A stretch of 64,000 nucleotides of DNA from a virus. The translations under genes and the position numbers were made by a program. The number at the start of each line of letters is the position of its first letter. Positions within the stretch are counted from its first letter, which is position 1. The DNA is taken from IMG/VR virus record IMGVR_UViG_3300035703_004050, positions 1-64,000 of that record; one strand, given 5' to 3'. The notes under the pieces were generated by a model, which did not search any database, was not told the origin of the DNA, and was given only the letters and a program-made list of their open reading frames with translations. This document shows positions 46,757-55,283 of this stretch, piece after piece.

Positions 46757-47050
46757 ATGAAAAAGATTCTAACAACTATTACCGCAATTGCTATTGCAAC
46801 AACAATGGTAATTACACCGGCAAGTGCTGACAATAGTGAGGAAATCGCAATTGGTGTTGGTGCGTTCCTTGGTGGGTTAATTATTGGTGAAGCAGTTCGT
46901 TCACGCCCACGTTATGTTGAACGTGTATACGTTGACGAACCAGTGTATGTACGCGAATGCTACACAAGAATTGTACGCAGGTACGATCCACATTATGGTC
47001 GTTACGTAAAGACTAAGAAAAGAGTTTGTCAGCTAGTCCCAGCGTATTAA
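46757..47050 (+). CDS. Secreted Gly-zipper protein
   Basis: SD GGAGG; signal peptide; GVGAFLGGLIIG. Confidence 0.65.
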   Translation: MKKILTTITAIAIATTMVITPASADNSEEIAIGVGAFLGGLIIGEAVRSRPRYVERVYVDEPVYVRECYTRIVRRYDPHYGRYVKTKKRVCQLVPAY

Positions 47051-47532
47051 GCTTCATTAGTGCTTAAAGCACCAGTAAACTTAGCAAACACCGGTCCTTG
47101 AGTTGGGAGCGGTGTTTTTGCTGGCCAACGTATTGCCTTTAATCTATTTTTAGCAATGCGTGTAATTGTTACAGCATTGTTTTGATTTCCGCCCAATACA
47201 TGTAATGCATCCTTATCCTCGCTAACATAAAAGCCAACGTGGCCGCCACCTGATCTAGTGAAAACTAACAATGCTCCAGGACTTGCTTTTTGTATTGGTA
47301 CTCCCCAGCTTGCCCAGTTTAAAGCACCTAAGCTGTTTTGTCCAACTGGCAATCCACTTACTCTAAAGCAGTGTGCTACAAAGAGTCCGCACCATGGTAT
47401 CTCGTCTGCATTGTAAAACTTAGCGATCCATCCTCCAATACCTTTTGCCCAGTTTAGGATAACTGGGTTATGTCTATTTCCAACTATTTCTCTTGTTCCT
47501 AGCAAACTTTTTGCGGTACTAAACCATTGCAT
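47047..47532 (-). CDS. TIGR02594-family NlpC/P60-like peptidoglycan hydrolase
   Basis: DEIPWCGLFV, GGHVGF and LGGNQ motifs; TAAATA upstream on the minus strand. Confidence 0.85.
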   Translation of the reverse strand: MQWFSTAKSLLGTREIVGNRHNPVILNWAKGIGGWIAKFYNADEIPWCGLFVAHCFRVSGLPVGQNSLGALNWASWGVPIQKASPGALLVFTRSGGGHVGFYVSEDKDALHVLGGNQNNAVTITRIAKNRLKAIRWPAKTPLPTQGPVFAKFTGALSTNEA

Positions 47533-47570
47533 GTAAATTTTCCCCTTTATACACGTATTTATTGTAGAAC

Positions 47571-47603
47571 GCTAAGTGTTTGAATTCATTAAGGAATCTT
47601 TTT
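47571..47603. repeat. Conserved 33-bp element, copy 2 (IHF-site-like)
   Basis: 26/33 identical to 9939-9971. Confidence 0.45.
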
Positions 47604-47625
47604 TGCATTTTTGGCGTCTTTTTGG

Positions 47626-47653
47626 TTGACGCGGACTGCTTTGGTGCTAATAT
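47626..47653 (+). promoter_or_regulatory. Alphaproteobacterial sigma70-type early promoter
   Basis: TTGACG-N14-GCTAATAT. Confidence 0.65.
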
Positions 47654-47690
47654 GTACATATAGCAGTTAACAACAAACAGGAAAACACAC

Positions 47691-47855
47691 ATGACCAAGT
47701 CCGAAATGCTTGCACTTGCTGCCGCCGCTACTGTTGCTGTTACCATTGCCCCTGCTGTTTACGCCAAGGGTGTAAAGAAGCCCAAGCGTGTTACCAAAGC
47801 ACACGCAAAGCGTGTAGACGCTATTGTTTCTCGCTACATTAAGCCCGCAGCCTAA
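47691..47855 (+). CDS. Small basic early protein (54 aa; not in the ORF track)
   Basis: MTKSEMLALAAAATVAVTIAPAVYAKGVKKPKRVTKAHAKRVDAIVSRYIKPAA; SD AGGA. Confidence 0.7.
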   Translation: MTKSEMLALAAAATVAVTIAPAVYAKGVKKPKRVTKAHAKRVDAIVSRYIKPAA

Positions 47856-47860
47856 AACGG

Positions 47861-47888
47861 TTGACAAGCGCCAAAAGTGCGCTATACT
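47861..47888 (+). promoter_or_regulatory. Early promoter
   Basis: TTGACA-N14-GCTATACT. Confidence 0.65.
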
Positions 47889-47917
47889 GCACAAGTAACA
47901 TAAAACGCGAGGGAAAA

Positions 47918-48304
47918 ATGCAGACCATAGTCCGAGAAGAAACTACCAATACTACCCGTAGCTGTAATCCTCTTGGCAGCTTGCTTGATGCGCGAGACAA
48001 GAGCGATCGTGCTTATTTGCTGCACCACAAAAAGTTTAACAGCCCTGCACATATTGATCGTGTTGTCGCAGTGTGCCAAATACTTGAAAACTTTTTTAAC
48101 TGTAAGGTTACGTACCTTACTTATCGTGGGCTTGGCAAGTTTGCTAAAAAGCCGTTTGAAAATATTAAGATGGAGCAGGTCGGGCACATTTTGAGCCGTA
48201 CCCCTGTTGCTCGTAAGAATGAAAACCTCTATGGTCCGTTGATGGCGCTTGGCAACGTTGAAGTTGTTAGCAAGAATGGTCATCTTATTGTGAGGGTTTA
48301 CTAA
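47918..48304 (+). CDS. Hypothetical early protein
   Basis: SD GAGG before ATG 47918. Confidence 0.7.
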   Translation: MQTIVREETTNTTRSCNPLGSLLDARDKSDRAYLLHHKKFNSPAHIDRVVAVCQILENFFNCKVTYLTYRGLGKFAKKPFENIKMEQVGHILSRTPVARKNENLYGPLMALGNVEVVSKNGHLIVRVY

Positions 48305-48438
48305 TGCGTCTTTCTTTCCTGCTTATTTTGGTTCTGTTGCAGTTTACCATGCTTCCGTTTATGAGTATGGTAGCGCACAATGAGCACCCTGAGTTTAGGG
48401 TATATGGTAACACCATCGTTTATAAGGACATGAATTAA
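48304..48438 (+). CDS. Small membrane peptide (44 aa)
   Basis: MRLSFLLILVLLQFTMLPF...; TAATG coupling on both sides. Confidence 0.5.
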   Translation: MRLSFLLILVLLQFTMLPFMSMVAHNEHPEFRVYGNTIVYKDMN

Positions 48439-48617
48439 TGGAATGGGTTTTGGTAATTTACGTTTACGCTGGCATGTGGGCTAAGGGCGATTCAGTTGCG
48501 CTGACAAACGTGCCAGTTGCTACGCAGGAACTTTGTATTTCCGCAGGTGAGCGACTTAGCGGACTTACAAGTGGATCAAGTAAAACTCTTCGTTATGAAT
48601 GTATAAAGGTGCAGTAA
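48438..48617 (+). CDS. Small protein (59 aa)
   Basis: MEWVLVIYV...ELCISAG...YECIKVQ; SD AAGGA. Confidence 0.6.
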   Translation: MEWVLVIYVYAGMWAKGDSVALTNVPVATQELCISAGERLSGLTSGSSKTLRYECIKVQ

Positions 48618-48839
48618 ATGGGATACCGTGTCCTCGGTAAGCGCGACGAAAAATGGCAGCCCCGTAAGGGACTGGAAGGTCCGTTTTTTTATGCTAACGG
48701 CAAAGTGCTGTATTATGATCCTAAGGCTGGTGAGTATTGGGATCCCACAACGGACTTTTACATGAGCCGTGAAGAAATGGACATGCTACACCAAATGACG
48801 GTTGACATTCTAGCAAAAGAGCATATAGTAAGAGTATGA
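48618..48839 (+). CDS. Small phage protein
   Basis: PRKGLEGPF...VLYYDPK.G.YWDPTTDFY. Confidence 0.75.
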   Translation: MGYRVLGKRDEKWQPRKGLEGPFFYANGKVLYYDPKAGEYWDPTTDFYMSREEMDMLHQMTVDILAKEHIVRV

Positions 48840-48986
48840 CAAAGCGCCGCAAGCCGTTTACATACAAGACCATCAAAAAGAAGGATGGTTCCCGAGAGGT
48901 AACTGAGACTAGCGAGTTTGAGGTTACCAAATATTATTATGATGCAAATGGCATTTTACGTTCAGTAATTACTGTAGAGGAATAAA

Positions 48987-49175
48987 ATGAACAGTTGGTT
49001 AGACCGTGGTTTGTTTGCAATGACATGGGTAGGGTGTATATGGATTGCAGACGCAACCATCGGCACTGGTACAGGTCGCACAAGTTTTCTTGCACTAATG
49101 ATTGGTGCAGCTAGCATTGCGCTAGTTGGACTAGTCATTCAAGCATTTTCTAATGGAGCAAAGCGAAATGGCTAA
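48987..49175 (+). CDS. Small membrane protein
   Basis: Two hydrophobic segments; SD GAGGA. Confidence 0.6.
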   Translation: MNSWLDRGLFAMTWVGCIWIADATIGTGTGRTSFLALMIGAASIALVGLVIQAFSNGAKRNG

Positions 49176-49386
49176 ACCAAAATACACAGTTGAAATACCC
49201 ACACAGGAAGAATTTGAAAATATGTTTGGGGATATGTCTGAGGAAAAGTTCGAGGCTCAGATTGAAGCACTCGAAAATGTTGAAACAATGGACGAGCTAA
49301 TTGAGCTTCTCCAAAGTGTTGGCGTAGAACTTGTTGATGAACGTAGTTGGGAACGGGGACCAGGACCGCATGACACAATCCATTAA
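49168..49386 (+). CDS. Acidic hypothetical protein
   Basis: Glu-rich; SD GGAG. Confidence 0.6.
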   Translation: MAKPKYTVEIPTQEEFENMFGDMSEEKFEAQIEALENVETMDELIELLQSVGVELVDERSWERGPGPHDTIH

Positions 49387-49783
49387 GGTAACTGAACGTG
49401 TGCGCCGTGCAAGTATCAATTGGGTACTTGCTATGCAGAAGGCATATGGACAGGAAGTTGGTATGAAATGTTTTGACGTAATGCGTGAAACATTTGGTGA
49501 GGAACTGTGTGGTGCTGTGCTATTTGGTATCATGGAAGGTGTACGTGGTGATTCTATCACTATCCGTACAACTACTAGCGACTTAACACGTAAGATTGAA
49601 GCAATTAAGGAAATCCGTCACATTAGCGGGTGGGGCCTTAAAGAAGCAAAGGATGCTGTTGAGGCCGCCTGTTTTAATGATGTAAGTGTGTCGCTATCAT
49701 ACGATATGCTTAAAGAAGAAAATAGTCACAAGCTTGACAATTCAATCCGCGTACTTGAGCAAGTTGGAGTTACAGTATTCTAA
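49370..49783 (+). CDS. Protein with a ribosomal bL12 (L7/L12) C-terminal-like domain
   Basis: RKIEAIKEIRHISGWGLKEAKDAVE. Confidence 0.7.
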   Translation: MTQSIKVTERVRRASINWVLAMQKAYGQEVGMKCFDVMRETFGEELCGAVLFGIMEGVRGDSITIRTTTSDLTRKIEAIKEIRHISGWGLKEAKDAVEAACFNDVSVSLSYDMLKEENSHKLDNSIRVLEQVGVTVF

Positions 49784-50121
49784 TGTCTGGTAGTAATATC
49801 TTTATTGTATCATGGGACATGACTGGACTTGAGTGTATCATTGACGCACACGAACTTCAAGGTGAAGATGTCATGCGAGCTCTGCGAGGTGATAAAGGCA
49901 GCAAGCTTGGACAAACATTGTTTTACTTGACAATGCGAGCTCGTGCTAATACCCATCGCCACTATGAGATTTATACTATCCATACTACACCAGAGATTAC
50001 TAAAGAGACACTAGCAGAACTGTTTAACGAAAATCCGCAAGCTGGTGCTGATTTAATTCGTAAACATGGGTCTAAGATTTACAGTGACCGTTCGACAACT
50101 AAAACGCAGGTAATTACATGA
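49783..50121 (+). CDS. Hypothetical protein
   Basis: WDM.GLE...RARAN..RHYEIY...PQ..ADLIR..G. Confidence 0.75.
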   Translation: MSGSNIFIVSWDMTGLECIIDAHELQGEDVMRALRGDKGSKLGQTLFYLTMRARANTHRHYEIYTIHTTPEITKETLAELFNENPQAGADLIRKHGSKIYSDRSTTKTQVIT

Positions 50122-50834
50122 GGATCATTGGAGGGCATGATTATTACGACAGCGCACTTGCATATGGTCGTGATGATGACATTTTGTTTGTGCGCGATAC
50201 TCGTCAGTTTATGCACAAGGACACACCACTTGACTGGCCTGGTGTAGACGTTTTTGCTCACACCCGCTATGCTCCAAATTTTGCTCATGTAGTTGATAAA
50301 AATTATAGGTATACACGATCACTTGTGCTTTACATTTGCGGTGTGCGTTATTTTGGTGTAGAAATTTATGAGTCGTTTGGTGACTTCAAGGAAGTCATTT
50401 GGTCATACGACAAGCTAGTTGAGTATGCAACCAAACATAAGTTGAAGATTATTGACAACTCGAAGTGGAGTTGGCGTCCAGAACCTTCGCTTGAGCAACG
50501 TTGGAACATGAAAACAACCAAGGAGCAACTGGATTGGCTTATTGAAAATCGTGTTGCGCTTGCTGTTGGTGGATATGAGAACAACGAATTCCGTGATCCA
50601 AAAGATCGTATGGTTTGGTATTGTAACGATGCCAAAACGCATTCCCTGCGTTCGCTACAGTTCCAAAAGGTAATGGATCCGTTTACACTGTTTCAGGAGT
50701 TAAGCATGTTTGTTGGTAACCTTCCAAAGGATGGTCCACCAATGGTTCAAATTACTGATCCAGATATTAAGATTGCAAAGCACGGATTTGATAAGTGGTC
50801 TTTCCGTCGTCATAAGGATGACGCAAAGAAATGA
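50118..50834 (+). CDS. Hypothetical protein
   Basis: MRII..HDYYD...F.KV.DP....QE..MF...KI.KHGFD..SFR. Confidence 0.75.
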   Translation: MRIIGGHDYYDSALAYGRDDDILFVRDTRQFMHKDTPLDWPGVDVFAHTRYAPNFAHVVDKNYRYTRSLVLYICGVRYFGVEIYESFGDFKEVIWSYDKLVEYATKHKLKIIDNSKWSWRPEPSLEQRWNMKTTKEQLDWLIENRVALAVGGYENNEFRDPKDRMVWYCNDAKTHSLRSLQFQKVMDPFTLFQELSMFVGNLPKDGPPMVQITDPDIKIAKHGFDKWSFRRHKDDAKK

Positions 50835-51058
50835 TTGCTGATCGTGCAGAAGTTTTAGACTTACCAGCATCAGAAGTTCTCCGTAAATTAAGTTACGGGG
50901 AACTTTTTCACGTATATGATTTAGGAGATTGGCTACGTCCTTTTTATTATGATCCAAAAAGTGCCAAATGGTACTTTGACAGAGATGATGTTTTCAGCTA
51001 TATTGAACTAATAAACGCACTCAACAAAACATATAGGGCAACTAGAGCAAATGGATAA
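50831..51058 (+). CDS. Hypothetical protein
   Basis: ATGA-coupled ORF. Confidence 0.6.
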   Translation: MIADRAEVLDLPASEVLRKLSYGELFHVYDLGDWLRPFYYDPKSAKWYFDRDDVFSYIELINALNKTYRATRANG

Positions 51059-51218
51059 AGTTGAACACATAGCACGTTCGTTATGTATTGCTGATGGTGT
51101 CGATCCAAACGGTTACACTCGTCTTGGATTTATGGGATTATTTGGTCCAACTGTAGTAAATTGGACTGGTTATATACGTCAGGCAATTGCTGCAATTGAA
51201 GCTATGGAGAAAAATTAA
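51051..51218 (+). CDS. Small hypothetical protein (55 aa)
   Basis: MDKVEHIARSLCIADGVDPN...W..Y...A.AAIEAM; fills the gap to the ligase. Confidence 0.55.
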   Translation: MDKVEHIARSLCIADGVDPNGYTRLGFMGLFGPTVVNWTGYIRQAIAAIEAMEKN

Positions 51219-52549
51219 TGACGCCGTGGGAAATTATTAAACAACTCGAATCAACTAACAGTCGTTTGGACAAGGAGCGCATTCTACAGAGTGTGCTGCT
51301 TACCATGCCTGAGGATAAGCAATTTTGGGAAGGTTGCAGGCTTGCATTTGACAGTCTAATTACGTTTGGTATCAAACAAGTACCAATTAAAGAAGATGAT
51401 AGTGGCAATGGTCTTGACTACGATAATTTTTCTCTCGCAATTACAGGTCTAGTTAATCGTTCCTTTACAGGCAATGCTGCTCGCGATCTTGTAGACCGTA
51501 TGATGGCAAACGCAACACAAGACCAGTGGAACCATTGGTATCGCCGTATCCTCATTAAGGACCTGCGTTGCGGAGTGACCGAGACTACTATTAACAAGGT
51601 TCGCCCTAACACAGTGCCAGTATTCTCATGTCAGCTTGCTAAGGATGCTGCTGACCATGAAAAGAAGATGGGCGGCAAAAAGATTCTCGATTATAAGCTA
51701 GATGGTGTGCGTGTGCTTGCTGTTATTCAGCGAGTTGATACTGGTACTCTTACCTCTATGCTTATGCCAAAGGTAACGCTACACAGCCGCAATGGTAAGG
51801 TGTTTGAAAACTTCAAGCACATCGAAAACGAAATTGCTATGGCGTTTAAGGATTTGGATGAAGATTGGGTGCTTGATGGCGAAGTAACTAGCCGTACGTT
51901 CCAATCACTAATGACGCAGGTACATCGTAAGAAGGATGCTGATGCAAGCGATGCAGTGTTCAATGTATTTGATGCAATCCCACTTAATGATTTTCTAAAA
52001 GGCAAGTATAAGAAAACGCAACATGAGCGTAGCAAACACCTTGTTGGTTTAGTTTATAGTTTTTTTGCTAATAGTAAGGTAGTTAAACGCCTTGATTACG
52101 TTGTTGCAGATCTTAACACAGATGAAGGCAAACAACAACTCGAGGACATGCGCGATTTAGCTGCAAAGATGGGACTCGAAGGTGTAATGGTAAAGGACGC
52201 TAATGCACCATATGAGTGCAAGCGCACAGATGCTTGGCTTAAGATTAAGCCAAACATTACAGTTGACCTCACAGTTGTAAATATTGAAGAAGGTACTGGA
52301 CGCAATGAAGGTCGTCTTGGTGCCCTCGTCTGTAAGGGAGTAGACAATGGAAGAAGCATCTGCGTTAATGTGGGGTCTGGGTTTTCTGATGGGGATCGCG
52401 ATGTTTTTTGGAATAATCGTAGCTCTGTTGTGGGACAAACCGTAGAAGTAAAAGCTGACGCAGTTACACAAAATCAAGATGGTAGCTATTCACTACGCTT
52501 CCCTCGCTTTTTGCGCTTCCGTGGATTTGAAGCTGGAGAGAAGCTGTGA
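51218..52549 (+). CDS. ATP-dependent DNA ligase
   Basis: KLDGVR, LDGE, EGVMVK, WLKIK, VGSG and SLRFPRF motifs. Confidence 0.95.
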   Translation: MTPWEIIKQLESTNSRLDKERILQSVLLTMPEDKQFWEGCRLAFDSLITFGIKQVPIKEDDSGNGLDYDNFSLAITGLVNRSFTGNAARDLVDRMMANATQDQWNHWYRRILIKDLRCGVTETTINKVRPNTVPVFSCQLAKDAADHEKKMGGKKILDYKLDGVRVLAVIQRVDTGTLTSMLMPKVTLHSRNGKVFENFKHIENEIAMAFKDLDEDWVLDGEVTSRTFQSLMTQVHRKKDADASDAVFNVFDAIPLNDFLKGKYKKTQHERSKHLVGLVYSFFANSKVVKRLDYVVADLNTDEGKQQLEDMRDLAAKMGLEGVMVKDANAPYECKRTDAWLKIKPNITVDLTVVNIEEGTGRNEGRLGALVCKGVDNGRSICVNVGSGFSDGDRDVFWNNRSSVVGQTVEVKADAVTQNQDGSYSLRFPRFLRFRGFEAGEKL

Positions 52550-52785
52550 GCCGTAGATACGATCTTTTCGAATACAAGCGAACTTTTTATTACGAGAAGA
52601 ATGGCAATTGGTTTGTCAAACATGGAATAACTTACGACCTTAGAACTACCGCACAAGCTGATATGGTAGTAGTAATTGAAGAAGACGGGTATGGACGCAT
52701 AATTAAAGATCGTAGCTACGATACTAAAACATTAATTGATCCAGATGAAATGACTATGATTGTATTAAAAGCAGAACCAATATGA
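52546..52785 (+). CDS. Small paralog family, member 1
   Basis: ADMVV...G.GRIIKDR...EMTMIVLKAEPI. Confidence 0.7.
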   Translation: MSRRYDLFEYKRTFYYEKNGNWFVKHGITYDLRTTAQADMVVVIEEDGYGRIIKDRSYDTKTLIDPDEMTMIVLKAEPI

Positions 52786-53018
52786 AACTGGTTACTTATT
52801 TCTTTGTAATGGAAGATAAAATCTACCGTCGAACTTTTGATGGTAATGCTCCTTGGTTTGAAAGAATGTCGGATCTTCATTATAAAGCAGATCAAATTAT
52901 CGAGATAACTTATACTGGTAGGGGGAAAGTAATTCGAGATAAACTTACCGTGCCAGAAAAGAAATACTTTACTAAAAAAGAAATTGTTATGCTATCCTTA
53001 CAAGCAGAGACAGTATAA
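52782..53018 (+). CDS. Small paralog family, member 2
   Basis: ADQII...GRGKVIRDK...EIVMLSLQAETV. Confidence 0.7.
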   Translation: MKLVTYFFVMEDKIYRRTFDGNAPWFERMSDLHYKADQIIEITYTGRGKVIRDKLTVPEKKYFTKKEIVMLSLQAETV

Positions 53019-53257
53019 TGGAAACTTACTTTTTAATCTATCATACAGGTAAAGTTTATCGTAAAGATATTAACGTTATCTCATCAGCTTCAATATGGCA
53101 ACAATTATCAATGAAACTTGCAGCTGGTTCTGATTTGATTATTAAGTTAACAGAAAATGGTGAGGGATATTCTATAAAGAACAGGTATAAAGAAAACCCA
53201 CAAATCTTTTCAAAAGACGACATGATTATGTTATCGTTACAAGCGGAGAATGTTTGA
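53018..53257 (+). CDS. Small paralog family, member 3
   Basis: SDLIIKLTENGEG..IKNR...DMIMLSLQAENV. Confidence 0.7.
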   Translation: METYFLIYHTGKVYRKDINVISSASIWQQLSMKLAAGSDLIIKLTENGEGYSIKNRYKENPQIFSKDDMIMLSLQAENV

Positions 53258-53553
53258 TGCATACTTGCTATTATCACCAAGGTGAATCGTGGTATGTAAT
53301 GGAACGTGATGATACACAAAAGCTTCTACTAGCAGACGTGGTTATTAAGTTAACTACAAATGGTAACGGAATCTTTGTCAAAGGGTTTCGTTCAGATTTA
53401 GAAGACGAACTAAAACTGCGAAAATACATGCCAATTGATTGCATGGCAAAAGAAGAAATGGTACTCATAGCTTTGCGGGCTATACCTAAACCTGGTATTT
53501 TTATCCGTGAGCCAAGATTTGCACAACACCAAATATGGAGAAGTAAATGGTAA
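53254..53553 (+). CDS. Small paralog family, member 4
   Basis: ADVVIKLTTNGNG.FVK...EMVLIALRAIP. Confidence 0.65.
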   Translation: MMHTCYYHQGESWYVMERDDTQKLLLADVVIKLTTNGNGIFVKGFRSDLEDELKLRKYMPIDCMAKEEMVLIALRAIPKPGIFIREPRFAQHQIWRSKW

Positions 53554-53825
53554 ACGTAGTATTAAGAAAAACAGGAAAAAAAGATCCTTATAAAGAATTT
53601 GCACTGATGGTGCGTGATTATAATGGTATCGAAGTTGATTGGGAAACACTGTGCTACATGGATTATTTCAGCGCAAGTCGACTTAACGGGGAAGAGATTA
53701 GTTGGTGGGATGGTGATGAAGAAATGAAAGAACCAGCGAGGGCATTACGTTTGGAACACCCAAGCTTACGTGAAGCATGGGAAAACTATCTAGTTCAAAA
53801 AGAATTGTTCACAAAACGTAAATAA
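53547..53825 (+). CDS. Hypothetical protein
   Basis: C-terminal HPSLREAWENY. Confidence 0.65.
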   Translation: MVNVVLRKTGKKDPYKEFALMVRDYNGIEVDWETLCYMDYFSASRLNGEEISWWDGDEEMKEPARALRLEHPSLREAWENYLVQKELFTKRK

Positions 53826-53829
53826 CAGT

Positions 53830-54246
53830 ATGGAATTTACTGTTTTTAGTGCTTTAGTAGAAGCAATACAAAAAATATTAGGTATTGCAGAAACACTTAG
53901 TCAAGCCGAGGAGCGACGTAGAGAACGTGTCGCTGCTTGGCTTAATCATTTAAGTGAAGTGATTGGGGACATAGCAGATAAGATTGAGCTAGGACAATAT
54001 CCACATGAAATGTGTGCTCAAATGGAAATAATGGTAATGCATTTTCCAAAGCTTGTTGATGACTTAATTGAAAAAGAACTATTAGATTCTTTAATGGATT
54101 CGTTAGTTGCATCCACTAAAATTGAACAATTGTTTGGTGAGTTACACGAATTAGGCAAGCAAGAAAAAGATGAAAAACTCATAATACTACTAAATGCTAG
54201 TGGAAAGCTTGCAGGACTAGCTACCATAATAAAGCATATGGATTAA
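53830..54246 (+). CDS. Hypothetical helical protein
   Basis: 138-aa ORF. Confidence 0.65.
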   Translation: MEFTVFSALVEAIQKILGIAETLSQAEERRRERVAAWLNHLSEVIGDIADKIELGQYPHEMCAQMEIMVMHFPKLVDDLIEKELLDSLMDSLVASTKIEQLFGELHELGKQEKDEKLIILLNASGKLAGLATIIKHMD

Positions 54247-54284
54247 TATTGCTTTAATTCAGCAACTGTAATAATAAATATTCC

Positions 54285-55283
54285 ATGCGTTTCTTTAACT
54301 TTTTCACATTAGCAGTTGCTATAATCATTTCTATCTGTGCTGCTTATTACAGCATTATAGGTTTAACTGCCATATTCGCTGCTGCGTTTTGGCCTATTAT
54401 CATTATGGGTAGCGTGTTAGAGCTAGGAAAGTTAACAGGCGCAGTTTGGTTACACTTAAATTGGAAACATGCACATTGGTGGATCAAAGTATACATGGTC
54501 CCAGCAGTGGCAGTTCTCATGCTTATTACTAGCATGGGTATTTTTGGTTTCTTAAGCAAAGCCCATATTGAACAAACTGCTGGTAAGTTTGACGTAGCAA
54601 CTCAAGTAGAACAACTTAATCTTGATGTTTCTGTACAACAGCAAACAATTGATAATAACAAAAAGTTAATCGCACAATTAGACGCCGCAGTAGATAGTTT
54701 GATTGGCGCTGCCACTACACAAGGTCAAGAAAAGCGCCAGCAAAATTCAAGAGAAGCACGTCGTGCTGCTCAAGAAGCAACTAAGTTACGTACATCACAA
54801 GAACCAGAACGTGCTAAGTTACAGGCTGAAATTGTAGCTGCATCAAACAAAATTGCTGAAATAAACAAAGCTAAGTTAGTATTAGAACAAGAAGTTAAAA
54901 AACTCGAAGTAGAAGTTGGTCCAATCAAGTATGTTGCAGAATTAATTTATGGTAACAACCCTGGGGTAGACACACTTGAAAAAGCAGTCCGTTGGATGAT
55001 AATTATACTTGTGGTGGTATTTGATCCACTCGCGGTAGTGCTGATTCTTGCAGCAACCAGTGGACTACAAACTCCTGTATCATTCTCTGCTATCCCTGCT
55101 GTAATGCCTGCTCGTAAAAAAGAAGAAGAAATACCTAACGATTCTGAGGAAGAACCAAAAAAAAACTTAACGGAAATTCAAATTCAAGAAGTATTGTTGC
55201 CAGAGTCCTCGTTAGAACCATCCGTGTCCCCCAAGAAATCATCCGCTACAAAACGCGCACCAAGAAAGTCGAAGTCCCAGTAG
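54285..55283 (+). CDS. Multi-pass membrane and coiled-coil protein (0-frame product)
   Basis: Three N-terminal TM helices, LITSMGIFGFLSKAH, coiled coil, VGPIKY and TM IVVFDPLAV. Confidence 0.8.
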   Translation: MRFFNFFTLAVAIIISICAAYYSIIGLTAIFAAAFWPIIIMGSVLELGKLTGAVWLHLNWKHAHWWIKVYMVPAVAVLMLITSMGIFGFLSKAHIEQTAGKFDVATQVEQLNLDVSVQQQTIDNNKKLIAQLDAAVDSLIGAATTQGQEKRQQNSREARRAAQEATKLRTSQEPERAKLQAEIVAASNKIAEINKAKLVLEQEVKKLEVEVGPIKYVAELIYGNNPGVDTLEKAVRWMIIILVVVFDPLAVVLILAATSGLQTPVSFSAIPAVMPARKKEEEIPNDSEEEPKKNLTEIQIQEVLLPESSLEPSVSPKKSSATKRAPRKSKSQ

